A DNA stretch of 64,000 bases, taken from NCBI RefSeq assembly GCF_000372725.1, contig NW_005201223.1:218602-282601 (forward strand), written 5' to 3'. The position numbers and the translations under genes are program-made. The notes beneath the pieces are model-generated. The model searched no databases. It was not told the DNA's origin and was given only the letters and a program-made list of their open reading frames with translations. Numbering within the stretch: position 1 is the first letter of the stretch; each line of letters starts with the position of its first letter. The stretch is from Emiliania huxleyi CCMP1516 (taxonomy: Eukaryota). This document shows, piece by piece, positions 21,661-34,007 of the stretch.

Positions 21661-23195
21661 ATGCAAGTGCCCCCGCTGCTTTTCCTCGGCCTCAGCCTCG
21701 CTTTGCTACTGCGCATCTACCTCTGGCAAGGGCCAGAGCCTTGCCCCGGAGCCCGACACCAAGCTCTGCATGCGCCGCCACCACCGCCAACTCTGGTGCC
21801 GCCCAAGACAACTCTGGTGCCGCCCAAGAGCTGTGTGGACCTTGCTCCAGGCGACGGAAGCTCCTGCCTGCAGCAGGCGTTGTGGGACAAATGCCACCTC
21901 CCTTTCATGAGCCGCGTCTGCGACCTCTCGTGCGGACGGTGCGGCGGCGATGTGCGCGGCCGCGCTCTGCGGTCAGCACTGCTCGTCTCTGCACGGCAGC
22001 CAACTCCATGTGCCGAGGCTGGCGCCGACGCGTGGGTGCAGCGGGCGATGCAGAATAAGGCTGAGTATGCGCTTGCGCAGCAGCTGGAGGGGTTCGTCTG
22101 GTCCAGTGCGCAAATAAACGCCGCCTACGACGGGGCGTGGAACAAGCTGACCTACCTCAGCAGCGTGCTTGCGGAGCGGCTCGCCCAGAGCCGTGGAGCG
22201 AGCGAGGAGGCGGTGAGGGCTGGGGGCCGAGAGGGTAGCAGGTGGGTGCTGTGGGCAGACTGGGACGTCGTCTTTACCGACCTCGGCCACCAGCTGCCGC
22301 TGGAGGAATATGAGGCACCAGGCGGTGGGCGGCTGGTGCATGTGCATGTGCATGTCATAACCTGCTTGAACACTGTTTTAGGCTCGCGGCGTGCGGTTGG
22401 TACTGGGCGGAGACCCCGCCGCCCTCGGGGAGGGAGACGCACCGGCGGACTACCTCAAGGCAAACACAGGTGCGCACAGCCGGGCGAGATTGAGCGCCCG
22501 AGGTCGACGTGGGCGGGAGCGGCCTAGCCTTCTCGTAGGTGTGATGCTGCTGCGAGTGCACAACTGGACGCTGTCGCTGCTTCGCCGCATGCTCTCGCGC
22601 GGCGGGCGGACCCGCGGACAGCGCCTCCGCCGCGCGCTCAATCTGCAGACTAGCGTCGCCAACTTGTGCACCGGCTGCATCGACGACCAGGCCGTGCTCC
22701 TCGACCTGCTGCGGAGTGACCGGCTAGGCACGGGTGCGCTGCTGCGGCACGCATTGCTCGAGCGCCGGTTCCTGCTGCAGGCGCTGTTCTAGGGAGCGGA
22801 GATGCTGGGGCTTGGCCCGTCGTCCTTCACATTCCCTAGATTTGCCCGCGCAGGCGCACTGGGAGGATTTTGAGCATGCGATGCCGACCGCCCTCGGCGA
22901 TCCGACGGCCAATCGAGAGACGCCGCGCTCGCTCGCTCTGCTGAGGCGGCCGGACGCCCTCCGCCTCCCGCCGCTGCGGCGAAAGGTGTTCGGGCTGGGC
23001 ACCGTGCCCCTGTCCCTGCATTTCGCGGGCTGCCAGCTCTGCTCGGGCAAGGAGCCCGAGCGCGCGGCCAAGTGCTGGCCGGCGTTCCGGCGCACGGTGC
23101 GCTTTGCAGAGGAGCAGACGATGGCGGCGTGGGGCATGAGACACGCGCGAACCAACCGGAGCGCGGCGGAGAGCCTGCCGTTGGAGCCGCGGTAG
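21661..23195 (+). CDS. Type II membrane GT34 glycosyltransferase (XXT/galactosyltransferase-like) with a luminal ShK-like domain; multi-exon
   Basis: Signal anchor; CVDL..C..C..CDLSCGRC; LLVSARQPTPC, MQNKAEYA, WNKL, WVLWADWDVVFTD, DDQAVL and LHFAGCQLC, which match plant GT34 motifs. Confidence 0.8.
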
Positions 23196-23546
23196 GTGAA
23201 GACAGGTGTGTGTGTTGAGCGCGAGGAGGGAGAAAGTGGCGAGTGAGAGGGGGGTCGAACTGGCGACCTATATAGCATACCGGGGGAATTTAGACACCAC
23301 AGACACGCACACACCGACGCCCGAAGTGCCAAGAAGGACGTCATTAGTACGAAACCTCAGAAGGCCATGGCGCATGGGCGCCGAGAGAACATTCCCCCCG
23401 AGAGGACAAAAAAGAAAAAAACAAGCGAAAAGAAAAGTCGACGCACCCCCTCCTTGCGCAGTGACCGAGGAAATGTAAACGGCGCGCGCGGAAATTTTTT
23501 CCCCGCACGGCGACTCTGTGCGCTTGAGGCGGCAAACAGGGAAGCT

Positions 23547-26444
23547 ATGAGCTCGACGCCAAAACCCGTCCTCTGCGGCACGCCAGGCTGCACCCTCAAG
23601 AAGGGCCACCTCGGGCTCTGCTCCAGCAACGCGCTCGTCGACGCGAGCCCCGCCTCGCGCCGTGCGGCCGTCGCGGCACGCCAGGCAGAGAGGGAGAGGG
23701 GTTCGGAGCGCGCGGCTTTCCAGAGCCCCACCGCGGCAAAGGCGCCGCCCAAGATCCACCTCCGGCTCTCCGGCACTGGCGAGTGGCGGAGCGAGGCTCT
23801 CGCGGCCGACACGTCAGACCCCGCAGCAGACGCGGAAGCGGAGGCGGGCGGCGAGCCGTGGGGGATCGTGCTCGACCGCTCGCGGCTGCACACCGTCGCG
23901 GAGCTCGACGAGACCGGAGCACCCTTCACGATGGCGGAGCGTGCGGTCGACGCGGCGGTGCTTCGCGCGCCCTCCGACCCGGAAGAGGCGGGGCTGTCGC
24001 TTTCAGTGGCAGTGGCCCTCGCGCGCGGCTTCTCGTGCTGCCGCGGGACGCTGCGCCGCGTCTCCCTCCTCGGCTGGCGCTTCGACGGCAAGAACGCCCT
24101 CCGGGTGAGTGCGAGAGACGCTTGCGACCCCACCTGTGCTGCCCGAGGACCTACCCGACCCTCTTTCCCGCCACGATGCCGCAACCCCCGCCCTCGCCTC
24201 CCCCCCCCCCCCCCCCCCTTCATATTTCACATCTCCTGTTCCTTGCGCCCCCGGCTCGCCAGGCGGTTCTATGCGGCCTCCAGGGCTGTGTGCAACTGGA
24301 GGTGCGGCCGCCCGTAGGATGATAAATGTTAAGAACCCGAGATGTGCCGAGATGCGCCGAGATGCGCCGAGATATGCCGAGATGCGCCGAGATGCGCCGA
24401 GATATGCCGAGATGCGCCGAGATGCGCCAACGTGCAGACGGCGCGATCAGGGAGGCACTAGAGAGGTGCCTCCACGCGCTGTCTCCCCCGCCACACTCTT
24501 GACGGCACACCACTGGCACACGCGTTGCGCGTGCCTCTCCCCGCGATGACAAAGGCGGTGACACACGCGCAGGAGCTCGAGATGCTCGGGTGTGCGGTGG
24601 TGGGGGGGAGGGGGCAGCGGCGCTGCTTCGGGAAGGAGGTCTCGCAGGCGCTGCTGCAGGACCGCCCCTCCACCCTCCGCCACCTCTCCCTCCGCTCGTG
24701 CGGGCTGAGCGCCGACGGGTGCGCCTGCCCTCTCTCCCCGGCGCCGTGCCTCCCGCCACCGGCCACCCGGCCCGCTGCGGCTCCCTGTCCCTAGCTCTGT
24801 CCGACACGTGCTGGCCGCGTGTCTCACCTCGCGAGCTGCAAGCTCGGCTCGTCTCGCGGAGTGTGCGAGTGGCGCGCGTAGAGCTAATCTCGTAGGTGCC
24901 TCGCTCTGCTCCGCTCCGCAGCCCTGCAGGCGAGGCAGCTGGGGGCGGCCCGAGAGCGCGGCTCCCCTCCCGAGGGAAAAGAGGCGGAAGAGGCGGAGGG
25001 GTGCCGTGACTCGTGCCCAGCCAAAGATCCGCCATCCTCCGCCCTCGCTGCTGGGGGGCTGCTCCCCCCCCCCCCCCCCCAACTCCCCTCTCCCCGCGAC
25101 TCGCAGTCGCCACCGATGCTCTCGCTGGACCTGCGCGGCACAGCGGCCGAGTCGAGTCCGCGACGCACTGTCTCCGTGCACGAGTCTCTTCACACCTCTC
25201 ACGGTGGAACAGGCAACGCGGCGGAGGGGCTCGAGGCGGAGTCGAAGGCCGTCTGGCAGCTCCTGCTCTCGAAGCCAGAGGCGCGAGATGCAGACGAGAT
25301 GCAGACGAGATGCAGACGAGATGCAGACGAGACGCAACCGCCCCGCCCCCTCCCCTTTCGCTTCTCCTCTTTCGCCCGCGTGGGGGTGTACGCCGAATGC
25401 GGGCTGGCGTCCCCCCCACTGCCGCAGCCCCACGCCGCCACAGGACACGTCTGTCCAGCTCGACTCGTCTGCTCTCTCGGCGGACGGCGGTCCCGAGGCG
25501 GAGAAGAGAGCATGGCCGCTGCAGCTCTCAGCGATCTCCCGGCGACATCTCGGCGACGTCTGGCTCTAGGAAGACGATGAGCTCGCCGAGGAGCGCGAGA
25601 GCGGCAAGCTGCCGCTGCTCTCCGCCTGCTCTCCGGAGCGCGAGTCTCGCTCCCCCCACCTCTCCCGCCTCTCACGCAAGCGCGTCCAGGCGGCGCGGGG
25701 CGGCGGAATCGGCGGCGCAGCTGCGGCGGCGACACCCGGCGTCCTCTCCGTGCGGGTATGTGGCCCCGAGAGGGAGAGGACACGGCCCCGAGAGGGAGAA
25801 AACACGGCCGAGGTATCGCCGAGATGTACCCTAAGGTAGCCCGGCAGTGGTGCTCTGTCTCCCTGCGTCTTCGGCCCCTCCTGCTGCCGGTGCTTCGGCC
25901 AGCGTGCAGGCGCCCTTGCTTCTCACACGCCTCGCAACTGTGTGAGTAGATCCGGGAGGCGCAGCTTTTCTTCCGGATCGCCGCCGCCTCCGCCGCCTCG
26001 GGCCGCCCCGGCCGTCACTGGGCCCCTCTCTCTCGCGTCCTGACGTGGGGCGAGGACGGGACGGCGCCCGGTGCCTCTGACGGCCAAGCCTCCGACGGCC
26101 CACGAGGCACCGCCGCCCCGCCTCTCGCCGACGGCTCCGGTCGCCTCTCTCGCCGCCGCGCGGCCAAGGTGCTGCTGCGCCGAATCTCCAAGGACTACGG
26201 CCTCCGCGGCCGGCCTCCGGCGCGGGCTCGGCGCGCCGCAGCCGAGGTGCCGACGCAAGGGCCGACGCCGCAGCTCGGAGGACTCGACACGGCGATGCTG
26301 AGGAAGCCGCGCCAGCCGTCGCACTCGCGCGCCAAGCAGCTGCGCCCGAACGCGCGTCTCTCCATCCTCAACGGCTCGTGGAACCGGCTTCCGAGGCACG
26401 TGGGTCTCGCTGTCCGCCTCGGCCTGCAGCCGCACCTTCCATGA
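23547..26444 (+). CDS. Multi-exon leucine-rich-repeat protein with an N-terminal CGTPGCTLxxxHLGLC Cys/His motif; exon structure approximate
   Basis: LRRVSLLG, LRHLSLRSCGL and spliced LSLDLR|GN LRR units. Confidence 0.5.
24338..24428. repeat. Intronic 10-nt tandem repeat (GCCGAGATry)n
   Basis: About 9 copies; related short arrays at 34840-34875 and 63820-63850. Confidence 0.9.
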
Positions 26445-27125
26445 AGCGTTGGAGGCGCGTCGCTGCCGGGCTGGGCGGAGCTGGGGCGAGCATTCCAGAG
26501 CAAAGCCGGGGGCAGCCCGCGAGTGGTCCACACTCAATGAGGCGTTGCGTGGTGCCCTGGTCTCGCCGAGGTGTCTGCCCTCAGCGGGGGATGCACGAAC
26601 GAATGAGAGGCGCCCACCGAGTGAGGAGCTCGTGCTGGCCCGCGACAATCAGAGACTTTGGTTGATTTGGGGGATGGTGTGCTGTATCGGGTCGCGTGAG
26701 CGCGGCACCCCGCCCAGAGAGACCGACACGGTTTTTAGTGGGGTGGAGTGACACACTGTGACGGGGAGTGTGTGCAGTGTGTCTCTCTGTCTGTGGCTCT
26801 GTCCGCGCGGTGTGTGACGCGCGAGCCACGCGTCTCGCGCCCCCGCGGAGAGAATTGAAGATGAGGGAACACTACTCATCTATGAATTGCAGTCTGGTTG
26901 CTATGTGGCCCCAGCGCGCAGCGGCGAGCGGGCCCATCACGCAGGAGCCCCCACCAAAAAAGGCAAAAGTGTAAAGTCAAACAGTCACTCTGAGACTCAC
27001 CTAGAGAGAGATATTGAACAATCACGCGCAATCCAGAGCTTGCCAGCTGCCACTGCTCAGCTCTGTTCCCCCAACACCGCCAGCGCCACCTCAGCCACCT
27101 TGGTCCTGTTGAGTGAGCCCCCCTC

Positions 27126-28663
27126 TCACTTCATCGTGGTGGTGAGCTGCTGCCCCGCGGAAGAGAGCACCTGGCTCGGCGAGAAGATCAGGAGGACGCG
27201 GACGCCGCACAGCTTTCCGGCCGTGCGCAGCTCCGCGGCTGCCGCCTAGGAGGCAAGGCAAGCAAGCGTCTGCACATGCACGCTGAGGGAGAACTGTACG
27301 TAGCTACCAGTCCTCGTGAATTACGTGCATGTGTGTGATTGGACTTGAGACTGCGTGCGCCTTGCCGACTCTGTTACCGCGGAGAAAGACGTTCTCCAGG
27401 CTGCGCGCCCTTGGTAGCGCGGCCGCCAGTGCCTTGGCGCCAACATCCCCGATGTCATTCTCCTCGAGAACCAGTCTGCTGAGTATATGGCAAGGTGAGA
27501 AGCAGAGGTCTCCAAGGCTAGTAATTATGCAAGCCCCGGTGCACCTGCGAAGCGCAGTGGCACCAGGCAGCGCGGCTGCCAGCGCGGCTGCGCCTTTTGC
27601 GATGCAGTGGAAGTGGTTACGTCTCTGAGAACTTGCTACTCTTTGGGCAAGGGGAGGGAGAAAGTGAGAGAGCGATGAGGGGGCGAGGGAGGGTTGGGGT
27701 CGGGCGCCTGCGTCGCCGATGCGATTGCGCTGGAGCTCGAGCACCGTCAAGCTCGGTGCACAGCCAGCGGCTAACGCCGCCGCCAGAGCCTCCGCCTCGT
27801 GGTTGCCCCAGCCAAGTCCCTGCAGCGAGCGTGCGGGCTGAGAGGTGCGCGATGGGCCTACAGTGTAGAGTGCGGTGCGTGTCTCTCTCGTTGTGACGGA
27901 CCCAAAAGTTGAAGTTTGACGCCCGACCAAGGCGCGTGAGAATAGCCTCTGTCCTATCCTCCGGCCCGTCTTTTGCGGCGCAGCACGGAGAGCTGCAGCG
28001 GGGTAAGGAGCACTTTCGTGTCGGGGAGCGACAGCACTGCGTCGCCTAGTACAAAGGTGGCAGGGGGCTAGAGGAGAGGGGAACAGTCCGGCCAAGTGAA
28101 TGAAGCGTAGCGATGAAGATGGTGCATGAGCAAAGGAGATTAGTACTGTGTGTATGCTGCACCGCCCGGCACGGCGCAAGCATCGCAGAGCCGCAGCTTG
28201 TGCCCGCCTCCTCGCCGGGGCCAGACCTTGCGGCAAAGTCGCGGGCCACAGCTGAATCCTCCATCACGGCGCGGATCTCCCTTATCCGACCCGCCGCAGC
28301 AGTGGCCGCCACCGCCTCTGGAGCCCCCCCTGCGGAGCGGTCGCAGCACTTTGAGCACCGGCCGCCGCCGCATCCTCCGGAGCAGCACTTGGAGCGGATG
28401 CGCTTGCAGCACGACGGAGGCGGGACGGCACCTCGCGCGAGGACCGGCACCAGCGCCTGCGCTGCTTTTGAGGCGATGGCCGCCCGGGCTGCCTGCGCGT
28501 TGGGAGTCGCCTGGTTGCCACCGGATTTCTTGAGGGATGACTTGAGGGGAGGCTTTGCCGCCGCAGCACACTCCTCACGAGCAGCCTCGAGGGCCGCAGA
28601 CTCTGCCGCAATGCGAGCGCTTCGAGCCTCAGACACGCGCTTGGAGAACTTGCTGCTTAGCAT
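27126..28663 (-). CDS. RI-type leucine-rich-repeat (NLRC3-like) protein, multi-exon
   Basis: LTVLELQRNRIGDAG, LVLEENDIGDVGAKALAAAL and LENVFLRGNRVG repeats; Cys-rich N-terminal exon. Confidence 0.7.
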
Positions 28664-28935
28664 GAGGGGGCGAGCTACGGCGACGGCGAGGGCCGGTCGA
28701 GGGGTCGTCCGGTCGCTGCTGGCGCTCTTCGGCCGGAGGCGGCGGAGGACGTCAGTTGGCGCGATTTTCGACGTTTGGTAATAATCCCGGAGCGATTTGC
28801 CAATCTTCGGCCGCCAATGTTTCACTCCCTTTGAGCACTTGAGCCCTTGAGCACTGGATAGGGTCGATTCCTCATGGTACGGGACCCCATGGACACCCCA
28901 GTGCATGCCGTCCGCCACATGCGACACTCACTGGA

Positions 28936-29776
28936 GGTGAACCTTCTTTTCTAGACGGCTAGGATTGAGAGCAGCCTCGCTCTCAATCCTAGAAGTCGAA
29001 GGATTGTGAGCAGCACTCCTCGCAATCGTAGCATCTCTGTACGATTGTGAGCGCCTACGCTCGCAATCCTACATCTTCTAGGACTAAGAGCAGCTCCGCT
29101 CCCAAGGTGACTGGTGACGCCTACGACTACTACCAGCGCGCTCGCAATCCGAGCAAAGTCTAGGATTGCGAGCAGCTTTGCTCACAATCCGAGCAACTTG
29201 CCTCCGATTGCGAGCAGTAGCGCTCGCAATCCTAGAACTTTCGCCGCCGATTGCGAGCGACACCGCCCACAGTCTTCCTACGACTTCTAGGATTGCGAGC
29301 GGGTCCCCTCGCAATCGGTGCGATCACTGTTTGGATTGTGAGGAGACCCTCCCGGCGCGCTCACTCACAAGCGCTCGCGCGGCTGGAGCGATTGGGAGCG
29401 CCCTCTGTGCGCATGCTAGCAATCCTTGGATCTTGGGTACGATTGTGAGCGCCGCCGCTCATAGTCCTACAAGATGTAGGATTGCGAGCGCTACTGCTCG
29501 CAATCGGAAGCATGTTGCTTAGGATTGTGAGCAGTGCTGCTCGCAATCCTAGACTTTGCTCGGATTGCGAGCGCGCTGGTAGTAGTCGTAGGCGTCACCA
29601 GTCACCTTGGGAGCGGAGCTGCTCTTAGTCCTAGAAGATGTAGGATTGCGAGCGTGGGTGCTAGCAATCGTACAGAGATGCTACGATTGCGAGGAGTGCT
29701 GCTCACAATCCTTCGACTTCTAGGATTGAGAGCGAGGCTGCTCTCAATCCTAGCCGTCTAGAAAAGAAGGTTCACC
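28936..29776. mobile_element. Non-autonomous Mutator/Foldback-like TIR element, 841 bp, with 9-bp TSD CTCACTGGA
   Basis: GGTGAACCTTCTTTTCTAGAC... at the left end and its reverse complement at the right end; inverted arms ~250 bp. CTCACTGGA at 28927-28935 and 29777-29785. Many GGATTGyGAGC subrepeats. Confidence 0.92.
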
Positions 29777-30540
29777 CTCACTGGAAAGGGTCGATTCCGC
29801 GTGGTACGGGACCCCTCGATCGTCTCGCCCTCCCTCGCTGGTGTGTTCATTGGGGGGGGGGGTCATAACAAACACGGTACAGGATCGATCAGTCTGATTA
29901 TTTTTCCATTTTCCTTCTGATTAATTGTCCATTTCCCTCCCATGCACTCCCTTTAAATATTTCTTTAAGCTTTCAGCTCGCTGGCAGATGGGAAAATATG
30001 TGAATGTGATACCTTGTCTACGACAGGACCGTATGTAAAGCCGTATGTATCGAACGCGGTCCCCGTGTGTCGTGAGAGTAATGCTTGTGTAGGCAGATGG
30101 CAACCGTGTGTGTGACTTGTCACCTGAGCCTCTGTCGCTAGATAGTGTAGAGTCCGTCTCTCGTGTCTCGAGAGACGAGAGGCGCTTTCTTTGTGTACTC
30201 GGCGTCGGGTTTGGATGGAAGCGGGGGGTGCGCCGCATTTTGCGTTTTGGAGCCGATTACACTACACAACGAATACATGTACAGTTTCTCCTCGTGGTAC
30301 CTACCTTGTCCTATGCTCAATGCTCATTGTTCACCATGTGGGGGGACATGTCATGACATGTATGTTCACATGCTCAGAGCCAGACGCTAGAGTCAGCTGG
30401 GGCCTCTCTCTCTAGCGCGCGTCCGTGACGCCCTCTCGGCCACTCGCCGACTCTTTAGTTGTCATGGACGGGGATCTCGCTACCCGGAACCCCGGATCCC
30501 GCGCTTGCGGGATGCGGCTGCGCGGCTCCTGCCATGCTGT

Positions 30541-33500
30541 CTACGCCTCCTCGTAAGTCTTGACAGGCTCGGTGTCCGGCTTATCGAGGAGGGACATGGA
30601 GAGGCGGAGGGAGGCGAAGAGGCCGAAGTAAAGCGCAAAAAATCCGTTGCCTGCGGGGATGGGGCGTGGGCGAGGGTCTCGCGGGGTGCAGAAGAGGGAG
30701 CTCCCGCAATATGTGCGGGAGCGATGGCGCACTTGCCGCGGTGTACGTGCCCCCGGTGCGCCAGGTGAGGACACCTATCAGCAAGCACGCGCCGCCGGGG
30801 TGAGAGAGAGAGAGAGACCTCGCGCGGAGTCGAGGCGAGGCTGCAGCGGTAGCAGGGCGAGACGAGGGGATGGGGCACCGGTAAGGCTGAGCCACATGAA
30901 GAAGACAAGCACCTTGAAGCTCTTCACCAGGATCCCGAACGGGGGCTTTTCGAGGACGATCGAGTAGAGGCAGCAGAACGCCTGCGGTCGCGCCACACCA
31001 CCGGGTGGTTGCTGTTTTGCGCCAAGGCTCCCTGGGGGGGGGGGGGGCAAGGCGGGGGAGGCGGCACCGTGACAGAGAACACGCAGAGGGCGTAGACGTA
31101 CTCTCCGTACTCTTCGCTGTCGCTCCCTTTGGTGATCAGCTTGACGATGCTGTTTTCGTCGAAGATTGCGCCTGCCGTTGTTTAACAGAGGACGTGCTGC
31201 GGACGTCGCGTCGCCTCCCCCTCTACACACACGCGCGAGGCTCACCGATGCCGACGACGGAGCAGAGGAGGAGCGGGAAGTAGTAAATCTCGACGCTCGA
31301 CGCGACGGTTTTGTATGAGCCCTTGGCGGCCATGTCGGGCATCGCCTTCGCCAGGTTGGACACGGCGGCGCCGAGGAGCATCCAGACGGAAAAGTAGCTG
31401 TACGGGCGGGGAAGGGAGGGGGTGTGGGGGGGGGGAGGCGGAGGGCGCGCGGGGCAGTGTGGGAGAGAGTCGCCGGGGGCAGGGACTGGGCTGGCAGGGG
31501 CGGTCGGCAGTGGCGAGGGGGCGTCACCCGTTTGCTGTCTCAGACGGGTTGGAGAAGCAGCCTCCGCCAGGGACGCCGAAGGTGGCCACGATGGCCCCCG
31601 CGCCGGTCCACACGAACAGGAACTGGGCGATCAGCAGCGTGACCGTCATGTCCTCGCCGCCGACGCGAAAGAGCACCGTGTTGAGGGTATCCGGCGACAG
31701 GCAGCAGAGGGACTTGCCGCAGAGGTAGACGAAGAGGGCGAGGATGGCGCTGACGGCTCCGACGGAGATGAGGTACGCTTGGTCGTCCTGCGCGGCGCGG
31801 AGGAGAGGGCTGGAGAGAAGAGGAGGGGCGAACTGGGGCGGGCGGGGCGGGGGGGGCGGGGGAGAGGCGGCGGCGTCGGCGTCGCCGCACGAGACAGCTC
31901 CTGGACCAGAGGGCCTCGGCGTGAGAGCGCACCGGCACGATGTTGTCCTTGTAAACCATGTTGGATTTTTGTTTATCGCCATCGTCCCACGACCCCGCGG
32001 GGCCTTTTTTGGCGAAGTACGCTGCGACGAGCACGACGATGCCAATCGCGAAGATGCGGAAGTTGGCCATCTCCTGGCTCATGAAGCCGGCGCCGCCGCC
32101 GAGGAACATGGAGGCGGCGACGGAAGCGCCGGCCCACGCAGCAAAGAAGCCATTGTTGATGCCGGTCCAGTTTGATGCGTTGGAAAAGGTGAGGATGCCG
32201 GCGACCGCCGTCCACAGCAGCGCAAGCATCGGGATGAGCGCCTGCGAGCACAGTACAGACAGTGGGAGAGTGAGGGATGGGGAGCGTATGGGGAGCTAGT
32301 GGATGGGGGTGGGGAGGTGGGGAGATGGCGCGCGGGGTCGGGGTATGCTGTGTGTGGCAAGACGAGGGAGTAGAGGCGTGGAGGTCATGGCCATGGTGGC
32401 CTGCGAAGCCGCCTTGTTGACCTCTGCGCCCGTGAGTATGAGGCCGGTGACGATCAGGGTGGTGACGGCGGCGGCCATCGCAAAGTAGGCGTAGGAGAGG
32501 TACCGCGTTTTGTAGTCCTCAGGAACCACCAGCGGCCACCGCGTCGTGTCTTTGAAGTCCTCGTTCACAGGCTTGATCGAGTCGAGCATCAGGATGAGTG
32601 CGCCTAGGAGTCAGGCCGATGGCGCGGCCAGCTCTCAGGCTTGGGGCGGAAGGGCATGCTTCCCTGCGGAGGGCGGTGTGGCTCACAGACGAAGAGGGGG
32701 AGGGAGTAGGACTTCAAGTCGTCGCTCTCCTTGGCGCCTGCCGATAGGCAGACAGAGGGAGCGGGGCGTGATCGGGCGTGGCCGGATCGGCTCAGCTGCG
32801 TGGAGGACTCACTCGGCTCTTCCCCGGATCCCTTGGACATCTCCGTGCTGAGGAGGCTCAGGGCGATAAGGAAGCCGAGCCAAACCGCGAAGTAGCCATT
32901 CCCGGCCGCAGGCTCGGGGGGCTTGAAGGGGTCGAACCAGGTCGTGATGCCAGCGCCAGCGCCGTTCCAGAGGGCCTGATCGGCGGGGGCGGAGCGGGTG
33001 AGAGCACGGGCGATCCCGGGAGCGGGTGAGAGCACACGGTGGCGGAGGAGGAGGGGACACGGGCGAGGGAGGCGGAGGAGAGGGCGAGGCGGAGGGAGGC
33101 GGAGGGGACGGGGGCGGGGGAGGTTGACGGTGTTGGAGGAGGAGGGGGCATGGCTAACATCTAGACGCGCACGAGGGAGAGGGCCAGAAAGAGCGAGACC
33201 GTGATGTTGTAGCCGCGCACAGCAATCAGCGTACGATCGCCATCTGGTCCCTTGCCGAGTGACATCATGAGCCCAACGAGCGAAAGGATGATCGAGAACG
33301 CGCCGACGGCGATGGCGTATTCATCGAGACCATCGAAGTCGTGGTTGTACGGGGTGTTTGCTCCGTAGCCACCGACGGGTGCAGCCGCCTGCGATGATGA
33401 GGAAAGGGTCAAAATACGAGTAAATCGGGCGCGAGCGGGCAATTAAGCGGGCGAGAGCGGCGAGGCGGCGGGAGGGTAATGAAGCCAAAGTCGGGCGCGA

Positions 33501-33642
33501 GCAAGCGGCGACAGCGGCGAGGGAGGCTGGCGAGGGAAGGGATTGGGAATATGGCTGGAGAGGGCCCGCTTACCGTCGTGAGCACCCAGATGCCGGCCAA
33601 CGCCGACGCCGCCCAGGCTGCTGTCTCCTTCGTTCTCGCCAT
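30541..33642 (-). CDS. Multi-pass membrane protein built of four internal repeats, each ending in a (G/N/A)NG(Y/F)F motif; many introns
   Basis: Exons encode GNGYFAVWLG (~32890), NNGFFAAWAG (~32150), ANG|YFSVWML (~31530/31395) and GNGFFALYFG (~30640), each preceded by hydrophobic helices. Confidence 0.7.
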
Positions 33643-34007
33643 TGAAATGGCAGGTTGGGGTCGCAATCGAAAGTAGGCTGCAATCCAGTCGTGACGAGTC
33701 ACTCGCTTGACGCCCCCCAGAGGAGCACTTTTTTTTTCGTTGAGAGGGGGCCCCTTTCTATCCGGTTCGAAAGCGCAACACGGACTTGCCTGCACCCTCC
33801 CCCTCCTCAGCTGGCGATGCCGATGGCTGTGGCGGTGCCCGTTGGCGGCGGGCGCGCGAGAGGACAGCGGGCTGAATGCGAGCCCCTCGCGACGCGGGCA
33901 AGGGAGTGTCGAGTCGGCGGCGGCGCAGCGGCATTGTACAGGCCCACGGCGCCCCATCGTACGGCGCTCACTCCAGGCCTCCCGCCCGTGTTTGCCCCCC
34001 GCCCACC

